The notes: a model not told the origin generated them from the sequence alone. Positions 50,383 through 60,073 are shown, counted from the stretch's first letter. The stretch: 64,000 bases of DNA from Capsulimonadaceae bacterium (GCA_965215505.1 OZ244065.1:4288001-4352000); one strand, 5' to 3'. Made by a program: numbers and translations.

Positions 50383-51225
50383 ATGGCACATCTGTATGCT
50401 TCATTCGCGGACGCCTCGCTGGCGGAAAAGGCGGCAGGCGCCCTGCTCGATCATGGGGTCCGCCAGGAAGACCTCAGCCTGGTCGCGAACGACCAGTATG
50501 GCCAGACGCGCGAGGCTTATACCACCCACGGCGTGAACCCCCAGTACGGTACGGCAGCCGCCGAGGCGGGCGTCGGGGGCATCGGCGATCGACTGGCGCA
50601 GACCGGCGACCGGCTCGCCGGGTCGGTCACGGGCGCGTTCGGCGCGGAAGGCGCGGCGGCCGGTTACGAGACGGCGGCGGCGGAGCGCGCGGGCAACGTG
50701 GGCGTCGGGACGGTCGGGACCATCGGTAACGCGGGCGTCTACAGCACCGGCACCCCGACGACGGCCGTTGCCGGGGACCTCAACCCGCTGGACCACGGCG
50801 GCCCGGACTCGGCCATGAGCCAGGGCGATGCTGCTACGGCGGCCAAGCACGGCATCAGCACGACGACTCCCGAGGACGCGGGCGAAGGCGCGGTCAAAGG
50901 GACGGGCATCGGCCTTGGGGTCGGAATCCTGGCCAGCCTGGCGGCCCTGACTGTGCCCGGCATCGGCCTGGTCCTTGGCGGCGGCGCTCTCGCCGCTGCC
51001 CTGGGCGCGACGGCCCTGACGGCGGGCGCGGGGGCCATCGCGGGTGGCGCGACCGGCTACCTCAAGGACCAGGGCGTCCCGCACGAGGCGGCCGAGCGCT
51101 ACCACGGCACGGTGGCTGGCGGCGGTGCGGTTCTCTCGGTCAACGTCCCCTCGGGCGACGTTGACCAGGCGACGGCCGAGGGCGTCCTGTCCAAGTACGG
51201 CGCGGCGGACGTGAACGCCTACTGA
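50383..51225 (+). CDS. General stress protein-like membrane protein
   Basis: N-terminal ASFADASLAEKAAGALL..G...EDLSLV, Gly-zipper TM region, GVPHEAAERY. Confidence 0.7.
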   Translation: MAHLYASFADASLAEKAAGALLDHGVRQEDLSLVANDQYGQTREAYTTHGVNPQYGTAAAEAGVGGIGDRLAQTGDRLAGSVTGAFGAEGAAAGYETAAAERAGNVGVGTVGTIGNAGVYSTGTPTTAVAGDLNPLDHGGPDSAMSQGDAATAAKHGISTTTPEDAGEGAVKGTGIGLGVGILASLAALTVPGIGLVLGGGALAAALGATALTAGAGAIAGGATGYLKDQGVPHEAAERYHGTVAGGGAVLSVNVPSGDVDQATAEGVLSKYGAADVNAY

Positions 51226-51264
51226 TCCGAAGGCGGCCAACCGAAAATCCTTCCGAAAGACTCC

Positions 51265-51293
51265 TTGACAAGCGGGGAGAGACGTGTTAGAAT
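51265..51293 (+). promoter_or_regulatory. sigma70 promoter of the pil operon
   Basis: TTGACA-17 nt-TAGAAT with extended TG. Confidence 0.8.
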
Positions 51294-51432
51294 AGGGGGC
51301 GTGGAGGAATCCACGTCCTCTTTTTTCAGTCCGCGCACCCAGGGACCAGCACTTTCCCAACGCGCCCCACGCGACATAAACGAATTTTATGATGAAAACG
51401 AGCGCAAGACCAAAGCGAGATCGAGGTAGCTT

Positions 51433-52986
51433 ATGCCCGCCGGGCCACTGATCGGAATTGATATCGGGTCGCAGCAGATCAAGATCGCCGAGTTGCGCCC
51501 CGGCAAGACCGGGCTGACCGTCACCGCCCTCGGCCTCGGGCCGACTCCGGCCGGCGTCGTCCAGAACAGCATCATCACCGACCCCGCCGCCATGGGGGCC
51601 GCCATCAAGAGCCTCATGCGCGAGAGCGGCATCACCATCAAGCGCGCCGTCGGCTGCATCACCGGCCAGAACGCCGTCGTCATCCGCATCATCGAAGTCC
51701 CGCGTATGACCGACGCCGAGCTGAAAGAAACCATGAAGTGGGAGGTCGAGCGGCACGTCCCGTTCGCGCCCTCCGAGACCGTCCTGGACTACCAGCCGCT
51801 CGTCCCGCGCACGGCTGAGGCCGCCAGTGGCCCCAACATGGAGGTGCTGCTCGCCGTCGCACAGCAGGACGCCGTTTCCAACTACATTGACACCCTGTTC
51901 GCGGCGGGCCTCGACCCCGTCGCCATTGACATCGAGCCGCTGGCGATCTCGCGGGCCATCCTGGACCTCCAGAACGGCGTCCCCGTCGCCCGGCCCCAGG
52001 TGCCGTTCGGTGAGCCGGCCTTCGCCGACGGCCCCGAAGAGACGGTCGCCATCGTCAACATCGGTGCGGCCAACACCGACATCGCCATCTTCCAGGGCGG
52101 CCAGCTCACCTTCCCCCGCTCCCTGCCCCTCGCCGGGGACAGCCTGACGCGCGCCATCGCCGAGGCGATGCAGTACACCATGGAACAGGCCGAGCGCGTC
52201 AAGCGCGACTACGCCGTCGTCCAGCTCGACCGCATGGCCGTTTACACCGGCACCGCCTACGAGGAGGGCTACGAGACGCCGCAGTTCCAGGATGAGGACA
52301 ACTTCAATCTCGGCGACGACAACCCGTTCGACCTCGGCGGGCAGAGCGCCGAATTCGGCAACGCCTTCGGCACCCCCTTCGGCGGAGCCTCCGATGCGCC
52401 CCTCGGCGGCACCGCCTTCGGCGGCGGTCCTGCCTTCGACGACCAGGAGCGGACTCAGCCCATCGAGCGGCGCACGCTCAATCTCGCCCGGCCCGCGACC
52501 TCCGACGCGCCCCCCGCCTTCATGCCGCCCACCGACGATGCCGGGTTTGGGATGGCGGGTGCGGGCGGCGGCCCGGACGAGTCCAAGCTGCGTGACGACA
52601 TCTTCGAAGCCATCGCGCCCGTCCTGGGCGAGCTGGCCTCCGAGATCCGGCGCTCCTTCGACTACTACCGCAGCCGGGGCGCGCAGGTGTCCATTGACCG
52701 TGTGCTGCTGACCGGCGGCAGTGCTGGCCTGGCGAACCTCGCCGCCTTCCTCCAGAACGAGCTGCAAGCGCCGGTCGCCGTCGCCAGCGCGCTCACCGCC
52801 CTCCCGGTCACGTCCAAGCACTTCGACCCGTCCTACCTGCCGACCATCGGACCCGCCTTCACCATCGCCGTCGGCCTGGCCGCGCGGGACGTCGTCTTCG
52901 GCGCGAACCCGATGCCCAAGAAGCCCAAGCCGGTCAAGGCGGCCAAAGTGGCTGCCGGATCGGTCACGGCCCCCCCGGCTTCCTAA
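51433..52986 (+). CDS. pilM: Type IV pilus assembly protein PilM
   Basis: IGIDIGS, VNIGA, EIRRSFDYY, LTGGSA, AVGLAAR; about 110-aa acidic insert. Confidence 0.9.
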   Translation: MPAGPLIGIDIGSQQIKIAELRPGKTGLTVTALGLGPTPAGVVQNSIITDPAAMGAAIKSLMRESGITIKRAVGCITGQNAVVIRIIEVPRMTDAELKETMKWEVERHVPFAPSETVLDYQPLVPRTAEAASGPNMEVLLAVAQQDAVSNYIDTLFAAGLDPVAIDIEPLAISRAILDLQNGVPVARPQVPFGEPAFADGPEETVAIVNIGAANTDIAIFQGGQLTFPRSLPLAGDSLTRAIAEAMQYTMEQAERVKRDYAVVQLDRMAVYTGTAYEEGYETPQFQDEDNFNLGDDNPFDLGGQSAEFGNAFGTPFGGASDAPLGGTAFGGGPAFDDQERTQPIERRTLNLARPATSDAPPAFMPPTDDAGFGMAGAGGGPDESKLRDDIFEAIAPVLGELASEIRRSFDYYRSRGAQVSIDRVLLTGGSAGLANLAAFLQNELQAPVAVASALTALPVTSKHFDPSYLPTIGPAFTIAVGLAARDVVFGANPMPKKPKPVKAAKVAAGSVTAPPAS

Positions 52987-53049
52987 AGGGCCGTCCCGAA
53001 ACCGACCCGTCCGAGAGACACCCGCCCGAGAGACACCCGAGAGATCACA

Positions 53050-54204
53050 ATGCTCCGAATCAACCTGCTGCCCCCCTATGTGACGCAGAGGCGTCTTACC
53101 AAGCGCCTCATACCGGTGTTCGCCCTGCTGCTGCTGGCGTGCATCGCTCTGCCCCTCTTCCTGTATGCCAACATGAAGGCGCACCTGAACGACATAACGC
53201 AGCAGGCGGAGGCGGACGAGACGGCCAAGGCCGCCAATGACGCCCTGGATGCCCAAGCCGCCAGCACGACGGCGAAAGTGCAGCCCATCCTGGACAAAGT
53301 GAACTTCGTTGACGGGGTCCACAAGTACAACCGTGACCAGGTCACCACGCTCGTCGCCGTCGCGAACCAAAGCCCCAAGAAGAGCTTCATCTACAGCGGC
53401 ATGGCCCCCGGCGCGGGCTACTCGACCATGACCATCAACGCCTACTCGCCCAGCGTCGAGGAAGCCGGCCGCTACCTCGAGGCGATGTACCAGCAGCCCG
53501 CCTTCACCTCGGTCGCCGTGGACAAGATCCCCGGCTACCCCGACAATGTCCAGCACCGGTGGTATCTCGGCCCGATCAAGCCTCAGTACATGGTGTTCGC
53601 CGACGGCGCTTCGGCGTCCGGCGGCGGTGCCGCCGCCGGCGGCTATCCCGGTGGCGGCGGCGGCGCTGCCACCGCCACGGCGGGCGGCTTCAATGCAGCC
53701 AGCCTCGCTCTGAACGGACCCAACAATATCCCGCCCGGCGTCGGCCCGCCCCCGCCTGAGCTGATCGGCGGCCTCGCCACGGGCGGCGGTGCCGCAAGCG
53801 GCGGCTATCCCGGCAGCGGCGGTGGCGGCGGTTACCCCGGCGGTGGGGGCGGAGCGCAGGCCGGTGGCGGCGGCTACAGCCCGAACTTCCTGCGAATCGC
53901 CCTGGCCGGCGTCAGCCCCTTCGCCACCCCTGACGTGATCGCGCGCATTCTGAGGAACAAGATGCGTCAGGTCCACATGGTGACCATCCCCAAGGGCTTC
54001 AACGTCACCGTGACGGCGGGCATCAACAAGCCTTACGCCCCGCTGACCGCACCGACGCCCCCCGGCGGCGGACCGGCGGCGGGCGGTGCGCCGGGCGGCT
54101 TCGGCGGCGGTGCAGGCGCTTACCCCGGCGGCGGCGGTGCGCCCGGCGGCTACCCCGGTGGGGGTGCCCCCGGCGGCTATCCCGGAGGCGCGGCGTCAGG
54201 CTGA
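53050..54204 (+). CDS. pilN: PilN-like protein with GYPG-rich tracts
   Basis: RINLLP PilM-binding motif, TM, coiled coil; follows pilM. Confidence 0.75.
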   Translation: MLRINLLPPYVTQRRLTKRLIPVFALLLLACIALPLFLYANMKAHLNDITQQAEADETAKAANDALDAQAASTTAKVQPILDKVNFVDGVHKYNRDQVTTLVAVANQSPKKSFIYSGMAPGAGYSTMTINAYSPSVEEAGRYLEAMYQQPAFTSVAVDKIPGYPDNVQHRWYLGPIKPQYMVFADGASASGGGAAAGGYPGGGGGAATATAGGFNAASLALNGPNNIPPGVGPPPPELIGGLATGGGAASGGYPGSGGGGGYPGGGGGAQAGGGGYSPNFLRIALAGVSPFATPDVIARILRNKMRQVHMVTIPKGFNVTVTAGINKPYAPLTAPTPPGGGPAAGGAPGGFGGGAGAYPGGGGAPGGYPGGGAPGGYPGGAASG

Positions 54205-54220
54205 CGCTCAAGGAGACCCA

Positions 54221-55054
54221 ATGAAAACAGCGCGCCTCAGTCCCGTCGTCGTCGCCGCCGTCGGCACTGTACTATCCCTCCTGGCGATCGCCCTGATCTT
54301 CTTCCTGATGATCAAGCCGACGCAGGACGACACCGTGACCCAGCAGGCACGTCTTGACGCCGCCGCCCCCGGCACCGACCCGGAAGATCGGGAAGCAGGG
54401 CTTGCCCGGAACAAGAAGACGGCCCAGGCCAAACTCGCCCAGGCCAAGGTCAATGTGCAGAAAACGCAGATGCAGTGGGCACAGGTCGAAGCCGCAATCA
54501 TGCCTCCGTTCGACGTGAGCAACCGCCGCAAAGCGTTCCGGCAGCTCACCTATGAGCTGACGCACAACCTCGCGCCCGATCTACAGAAGCAGCTCACGGC
54601 CGGGGGCGTCACCTCGTCCACGAGGTTCGCACTGCCGCCGCCGCCCACCAGTCCGAACGACCCGATGATCCGGCCCGGCGTGATCGAGATCCCGCTCGGC
54701 ACGGTCACCGTCAACGGCGACTTCCGGCACATCCTGGCGAACTTCAACGACTGGCAGTATTTCAACCGCCTGGTCAAAGTAGACGGCCTGACCTTGACGG
54801 GCAACAGCCCGTACATGCAGGGGAGCTACACCGCGACGCTGTACATCTTCCCACAGGGTGACACCAATCCCGAGCCGCCCCTCGCCAAAGCGGGCGGGGC
54901 CGGCGGAGCCGGCGCACCCGGTGGCGGCGGCAGCTATCCCGGCGGCGGCGGCGGCGGCAGCTATCCCGGCGGCGGAGGCCCCCCCCCCGGTGCTGGAGGC
55001 CCTGGCGGCTACCCCGGCGGCGGTGGCCCCGGAGCCTACCCCGGCGGCCACTGA
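54221..55054 (+). CDS. pilO: PilO-like protein with GYPG tail
   Basis: TM, coiled coil, VNGDFRHIL..F...FNRLVKVDGL ferredoxin-like pattern; third gene of the operon. Confidence 0.7.
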   Translation: MKTARLSPVVVAAVGTVLSLLAIALIFFLMIKPTQDDTVTQQARLDAAAPGTDPEDREAGLARNKKTAQAKLAQAKVNVQKTQMQWAQVEAAIMPPFDVSNRRKAFRQLTYELTHNLAPDLQKQLTAGGVTSSTRFALPPPPTSPNDPMIRPGVIEIPLGTVTVNGDFRHILANFNDWQYFNRLVKVDGLTLTGNSPYMQGSYTATLYIFPQGDTNPEPPLAKAGGAGGAGAPGGGGSYPGGGGGGSYPGGGGPPPGAGGPGGYPGGGGPGAYPGGH

Positions 55055-55174
55055 GAAGAATGGAGTTCGGCGCGTTAAGTCTTACGCTAAAGTTTAACGC
55101 GCCTGCATTGAAGGCTTTCCCGTTGGGAACACTCAGAACGGGTATGACCAACGGAAAGCGAGGGAATTGTCTGC

Positions 55175-56191
55175 ATGGACTGGTTCAAAGATAAGAAAAA
55201 CCTGCCGATCGTGGTGGCTCTGGCCGTCGTCGTGTTCCTGGGGGCGGGCGGCCTGATCGCCATGGAACTCGGCCTGTTCAACGGCGGCGCGGCGACGCCC
55301 ACGGCCTCCGCCCCGCCCAGCGGCGCGGGCTATCCGGGTGGTCCTGCCGCCGCCCCCGGTCCTGCCGCCTCTCTCGGTGCGGGTGGCTACCCAGGTGCGC
55401 GCCCGGCGGGCCGTCCCACCCGTGGCGCGGCAGCCGCCGCCGCAAAGGCGTCCCGTCCGGCCACCCCCGGCGCGGTGGTCACCGCCGTGAAGGGGCCTGT
55501 CAACCCGATGACCAGCGCGGACCCGTTCGCCCTCCCCGGCCCGCACAAGGCCGTCGCTTCGGCTGGTGGCCCGAACGTCGCCGGCATGCGGCCCCCCCTG
55601 CGGGACACCCTGCCGCCCCTCAACCTGTTCACGCTGCGCCCGCCGACCCCGCAGGTTGCGAGCAGCCTGACCCTCCCCAATGGGGGGGACGAGACGCTGG
55701 CCGGGACCCGCGTTTCCGGCATCGTGACCGCCGCCGACGGCATCTTCGCCGTACTTGACGTCAATGGAAGCTCACAGACCGTCAAGCCGGGTGACTCTCT
55801 GCCCGGCGGCAGCAAAGTCGCCTCGATTCAGTCCACCGGCGTTACCCTGCACACGCCCGAGGGGAACACGATTACCGTGCCCCTGTCTAACGGTCCGCCC
55901 CAGCAGAACCCGCAGCCCGGTTACGGCGGCGGCTTCGGGGGCGGCGGCTATGGCGGTGGATATCCCGGTGCCGGCGGCTATGGTGGCGGGTATCCGGGTG
56001 CCGGCGGCTTCGGCGGTGGTGGCGGCTACCCCGGTGGTGGCGGCTTCGGCGGCGGCGGGTATCCGGGTGCCGGCGGCTTCGGCGGCGGCGGTGGCTTCGG
56101 CGGCGGTGGCGGCTACCCCGGTGGTGGCGGCTTCGGCGGCGGTGGCGGCGGTTACCCCGGCGGCGGTGGGGGAGCGGGTGCGCCCGAGTAG
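55175..56191 (+). CDS. PilP/GspC-like membrane-anchored protein with GYPG/GF tail
   Basis: TM, ADPF motif, RVSGIV...AVL...VKPGD...VASIQ beta-domain; fourth gene of the operon. Confidence 0.6.
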   Translation: MDWFKDKKNLPIVVALAVVVFLGAGGLIAMELGLFNGGAATPTASAPPSGAGYPGGPAAAPGPAASLGAGGYPGARPAGRPTRGAAAAAAKASRPATPGAVVTAVKGPVNPMTSADPFALPGPHKAVASAGGPNVAGMRPPLRDTLPPLNLFTLRPPTPQVASSLTLPNGGDETLAGTRVSGIVTAADGIFAVLDVNGSSQTVKPGDSLPGGSKVASIQSTGVTLHTPEGNTITVPLSNGPPQQNPQPGYGGGFGGGGYGGGYPGAGGYGGGYPGAGGFGGGGGYPGGGGFGGGGYPGAGGFGGGGGFGGGGGYPGGGGFGGGGGGYPGGGGGAGAPE

Positions 56192-56204
56192 AGAGAGGAA
56201 CACG

Positions 56205-56957
56205 ATGAACAGGTCTATTTTCTCTCTCCTCGTTCCCGTCCTTCTGGCTGGGGGCGGCCTGGCGGCACGGGCACAGACCGGGGCAGATTCCAAGCCGGTC
56301 ACGCTCAACGTCTCGCAGGTCCCCATACAGACGGTCCTGAAGACGCTTTTCAACGGCGCTGGCGTCCGCAGCTTCGTGATAGACGCGGACGTCCCGCGCA
56401 CGGCACTCGTCGGCTCGATCAGCCTGAGCGGCGTTCCGTTCTCGGTCGCGCTCAAGCAGGTCCTGGGGGCGGTCAGCCCGCCCTTGGTCGCCGAACTCCA
56501 GGACGGCATTTACCACGTCCGAACTAGTGCGTCCGCGCCGCCGGACTTTGGGCCGCAGGCTGGTTTTCCCCCGGCCGATGCCGGACAGAACAACATCTAC
56601 AAGATTCGCATCAGGCACTATGATGCGGGCATGATTGCGGACGCCCTGACCCGCCGCGGAGGCATCATCCAGCTGCCGCCGAACTTCGTCATTCCGTCGA
56701 GCGCGAGCGTGGCGGGTGGGCCGACCGGCCCGAACATAACGACGGTGGGCGCGGCGGCCGGCCAGCCCCCGGCGGCTCCAAACGGCGGCGGGCTTCAGAA
56801 CGGCACGGCGACCGGCGCGAACGTCCTGCCGCCCGGCGTCAAGCGCATCTTCATCCTCGCGAGTGACAACTCTCTGGTGGTCGAGGCCACCGCCCAGGGC
56901 TACGAAAACCTGACCGACGAGCGCCTGCTCTCCGGCGGGTACACGCCAGTCTATTAA
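56205..56957 (+). CDS. Secreted secretin N-terminal-module protein (N0 + N3-like, no barrel)
   Basis: Signal peptide, KPVTLNVSQVPIQTVL; LPPGVKRIFILASDNSLVVEAT matches secretin LPDGVTRIFALQSNNSLLVQAT. Confidence 0.7.
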   Translation: MNRSIFSLLVPVLLAGGGLAARAQTGADSKPVTLNVSQVPIQTVLKTLFNGAGVRSFVIDADVPRTALVGSISLSGVPFSVALKQVLGAVSPPLVAELQDGIYHVRTSASAPPDFGPQAGFPPADAGQNNIYKIRIRHYDAGMIADALTRRGGIIQLPPNFVIPSSASVAGGPTGPNITTVGAAAGQPPAAPNGGGLQNGTATGANVLPPGVKRIFILASDNSLVVEATAQGYENLTDERLLSGGYTPVY

Positions 56958-57000
56958 AGGCTCTCTTCGACGGCTTTATCGAAAGAAAAAGGAAAAACCC

Positions 57001-57816
57001 ATGAAAATCCGATACACGCGACGTCATGCGGCCCTCGCCCTTGGTGCCCTGGCCCTGCTCGGCGGCTCGGTCGTGGCCACCCCCGCACGGGCGCAGGACG
57101 CCAGCGCGGCGTCCGACAAGCCCATCACGCTGAACCTCCAGAACGTCCCCATCCAGACCGCCCTGAAGCTGCTGTTCAACGCTGCGGGCATCCACAACTA
57201 CACCATCGCTTCGGACGTACAGGGGACCGCCAACATTAACAGCGCCAATGTTCCCTTTACGATCGCCCTGACTAACCTGCTGAACTCGGTCGGCGCGGCC
57301 TTCACCGTCGAGAACGGCAGCTACAACGTCGCCATCAAGCGGCCCACGCCGGCACCCCCCGTGGTCGTCACCCCGCAGCCGAACGGGAACACGATCGTGG
57401 GCGGCAGCCAGGACTCGACGGCCAGCACGGCGGATCAGCCCAAGCGCTTCTACCCGATTCCGGTCAACAAGTACGACGCCTACTACCTTGCCCTCCTGCT
57501 CGGCTCGCAGGGCCTCGTCCGCGTTGACGTCAACGGCATCCTGCCCTCCCAGTTCAGCCAGGCCACCGGGCAGGGCCAGGGCGGTCAGGGCGGCCCCGCC
57601 GGCGGCATCACCTCGGTCGGTGGCCAGGGCGGTCGCGGCGGCGGCTTCGGCGGCGGTGGCGGCTACGGCGGTGGCGGCGGCGGCTTCGGCAGCGGCGGCG
57701 GTGCCCGCGGCAGCGTCGGCGGCGGCGGCGGCGGCTTCGGCGGCTTTGCCATCATCAACCCCGCCGGTTCGCAGAACACAAGCCCGCAGGGCACGCCCCC
57801 CCAGGGCACGAACTAA
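57001..57816 (+). CDS. Second secreted secretin N-terminal-module protein with Gly-rich tail
   Basis: Signal peptide, KPITLNLQNVPIQTAL, VPFTIAL; paralogous to 56205-56957. Confidence 0.7.
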   Translation: MKIRYTRRHAALALGALALLGGSVVATPARAQDASAASDKPITLNLQNVPIQTALKLLFNAAGIHNYTIASDVQGTANINSANVPFTIALTNLLNSVGAAFTVENGSYNVAIKRPTPAPPVVVTPQPNGNTIVGGSQDSTASTADQPKRFYPIPVNKYDAYYLALLLGSQGLVRVDVNGILPSQFSQATGQGQGGQGGPAGGITSVGGQGGRGGGFGGGGGYGGGGGGFGSGGGARGSVGGGGGGFGGFAIINPAGSQNTSPQGTPPQGTN

Positions 57817-58006
57817 TCGGACCCCGGTCCCCCCACCCGTCTTGGCGGGGGGACCCTACCAATCATTTAATCAGGCCCGCGTTGCGCGGCGACGACGAAG
57901 CGCTCCATTCTGCACTCATCTCCCTGTCTGACCCCCCACTCAAGTCGGGGCAACCGACTTCTCGCGACTTCGCAACGCTTCCATTTTCCGTTCAGGAGGA
58001 CATCTC

Positions 58007-59941
58007 ATGGGTTTATATCGAAGACGATCGGGCTTAACCGCCGCGTGCGGCCTGCTGGCTCTGGCGGGGCTGGCGTCCGCCGCCGCCCCGGCCCGGAGCG
58101 CCGAGGACGCCCCCCCCACGGCGAACGGCCGTGGGATCAGCATGGACGTGGCCGGTGCCGACATGCACACAGTCGTCCACATGCTGGAGCAGCAGGCCCA
58201 TGTGGATGCCCTCGTCCATGATGGCGACAAGCCGTTCAAGCCCATCAATCTCCATCTGGATGAGGCGTCCCTGCCGAAAGCGCTGAGGACCATCGCGGCC
58301 AGTGCGGGCGCGAAAGTCAGCAAGAATGAGGACGGGGTCTACGTCTTCGAGCCTCTCACCGCCGACAGTCCGGCCGCCCCGGCAAGCCCTGCACCCGCCG
58401 TCCAGGCCCCCGCCGCGCCGCAGCAACCCGCCGACAACCGCCCCGAGGCGCGCTACCCGTCTGGGTCGCTGCACTGGCAGTCCATCGTCCTCCAGCATGC
58501 CGTCCCGAATGACATCCTGAGGATCATGCACTGGGACCAGGACCTCGTCGAACTCGACCCCTTCAAGCCCGTCGAGGCCCCCCAGCAGCGCCCCAACGTG
58601 TCCTCATTCGGCGCGAACACGATTCTCCCGTCCAGCCTCGCCGGTCTCGGCGGCAACGGCTTCCCGAACAACAACTACAATAACGGCGGCTACCAGAACG
58701 GTGGCTATAACAACGGCGGCTACCAGAATGGCGGCAACCCGTCCGTGCCGCTCGGCACCGGCAATGGTGGTCCCGCCGGCGCGAACTACGCGAACTCCGC
58801 CCACCGCAGCGCTGAACCCGGCTCCCCCGGCCAGGCCAACCAGTTCCCCGGCGGCGGCTTCGGCGGCGGCTTCGGCGGCGGCCAGTTCGGGGGTGGCGGC
58901 GGCCAGTTCGGCGGCGGCGGCCAGTTCGGGGGTGGCGGCGGCCAGTTCGGCGGCGGCGGTCAGTTCGGCGGCGGCGGTCAGTTCGGGGGTGGCGGCGGCC
59001 AGTTCGGCGGCGGCCAGTTCGGCGGCCAGGGTGGGCCGGGCGGGGCGGGCGGACGGGCCCAGCTTCCCGACGGTGTGACGCGCATCTTCGCCCTGCAAAG
59101 CAACAACTCCCTGCTGGTCCAGGCGACCGTGGATGGATACAACACGGTCAAAAACCTGGTCCGCATCCTCGACATCGCCCCGCGCCAGGTCCAGATCAAG
59201 GTCGAGTTCGTCACCGCCAGCGTCGTGGACGTGGATAACCTCGGCGTCAACTTCGACCTCGTGCCCTATCCGGGTCTGGAACTCGCCACGAACCAGGGCA
59301 GCAGCGCCATCAGCACGACGGCCGCGCCGACCTTCCTGCAATACGCCACCGGCAACATCGTCGCCCAGCTTTTCCAGACGCTCACCCGCACGCGCGGCAA
59401 GGTGGTCCAGGCGCCGATCATCACGACGACGAACAACGTGGCGGCCAGCATCAACGTGTTCACCCAGATCCCGTTCTTCACCTCCTCCAGCGTGGTCACG
59501 GGCGGTCTGAACAACAACACGGTTAACAACACGCAGGCCAACTTCATCACCCTCAACACGGGCCTGACGATTGCGCCGCGCATCAACAGCGACGACTCGG
59601 TCACGATGAACCTCTCGCCGACGATCACTGACGTCACCGGCCAGCCCGCCGTCGGCGGCATCCCGCCGACCGTCACCCAGAGCATCACCACCCTCCGCAC
59701 CGTCCGCAGCGGCGACACCATGGTCCTCGGCGGCCTGGTCCGCAAGCAGGAAACGACCTCGACCCAGCGCATCCCGATCCTCGCCGACATCCCGGTCTTG
59801 GGCGGCATCTTCCGCACCCGCAACAAGCAGATCAACGACACCGAGCTGCTGATCTTCGTCACGCCGACCATCATCGGCGACAGCAACGACAGCGCGACCG
59901 CCAATGCCAACGGCGGCCAGAGCGTTACCGTCACGCCGTAA
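58007..59941 (+). CDS. Secretin (PilQ/GspD family)
   Basis: LDIAPRQVQI, LTIAPRIN, VRSGDTMVLGGL, IPILADIPVLGGIFR, ELLIFVTPTII. Confidence 0.92.
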   Translation: MGLYRRRSGLTAACGLLALAGLASAAAPARSAEDAPPTANGRGISMDVAGADMHTVVHMLEQQAHVDALVHDGDKPFKPINLHLDEASLPKALRTIAASAGAKVSKNEDGVYVFEPLTADSPAAPASPAPAVQAPAAPQQPADNRPEARYPSGSLHWQSIVLQHAVPNDILRIMHWDQDLVELDPFKPVEAPQQRPNVSSFGANTILPSSLAGLGGNGFPNNNYNNGGYQNGGYNNGGYQNGGNPSVPLGTGNGGPAGANYANSAHRSAEPGSPGQANQFPGGGFGGGFGGGQFGGGGGQFGGGGQFGGGGGQFGGGGQFGGGGQFGGGGGQFGGGQFGGQGGPGGAGGRAQLPDGVTRIFALQSNNSLLVQATVDGYNTVKNLVRILDIAPRQVQIKVEFVTASVVDVDNLGVNFDLVPYPGLELATNQGSSAISTTAAPTFLQYATGNIVAQLFQTLTRTRGKVVQAPIITTTNNVAASINVFTQIPFFTSSSVVTGGLNNNTVNNTQANFITLNTGLTIAPRINSDDSVTMNLSPTITDVTGQPAVGGIPPTVTQSITTLRTVRSGDTMVLGGLVRKQETTSTQRIPILADIPVLGGIFRTRNKQINDTELLIFVTPTIIGDSNDSATANANGGQSVTVTP

Positions 59942-59959
59942 GGCCGGCGAATAAACGCG

Positions 59960-59991
59960 AGAGGGCGGGGCTTTGCCCCGCCCTCTTTTTT
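59960..59991 (+). terminator. Intrinsic terminator of the pil operon
   Basis: agagggcggggc-ttt-gccccgccctct followed by a T-tract. Confidence 0.85.
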
Positions 59992-60073
59992 CTGTCCCTA
60001 GGCCGCATCGGGTATAATCACCCCCAGAGTCTCTCATCATCGTTTGGTCCAGTCCTTAGTCCAGGAGTCCACC

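Noticed and set aside
55920-56175. Repetitive GGC-rich DNA as a possible CRISPR array or assembly artefact
   Set aside because: No constant repeat-unique spacer structure; units are in-frame Gly codons with synonymous variation
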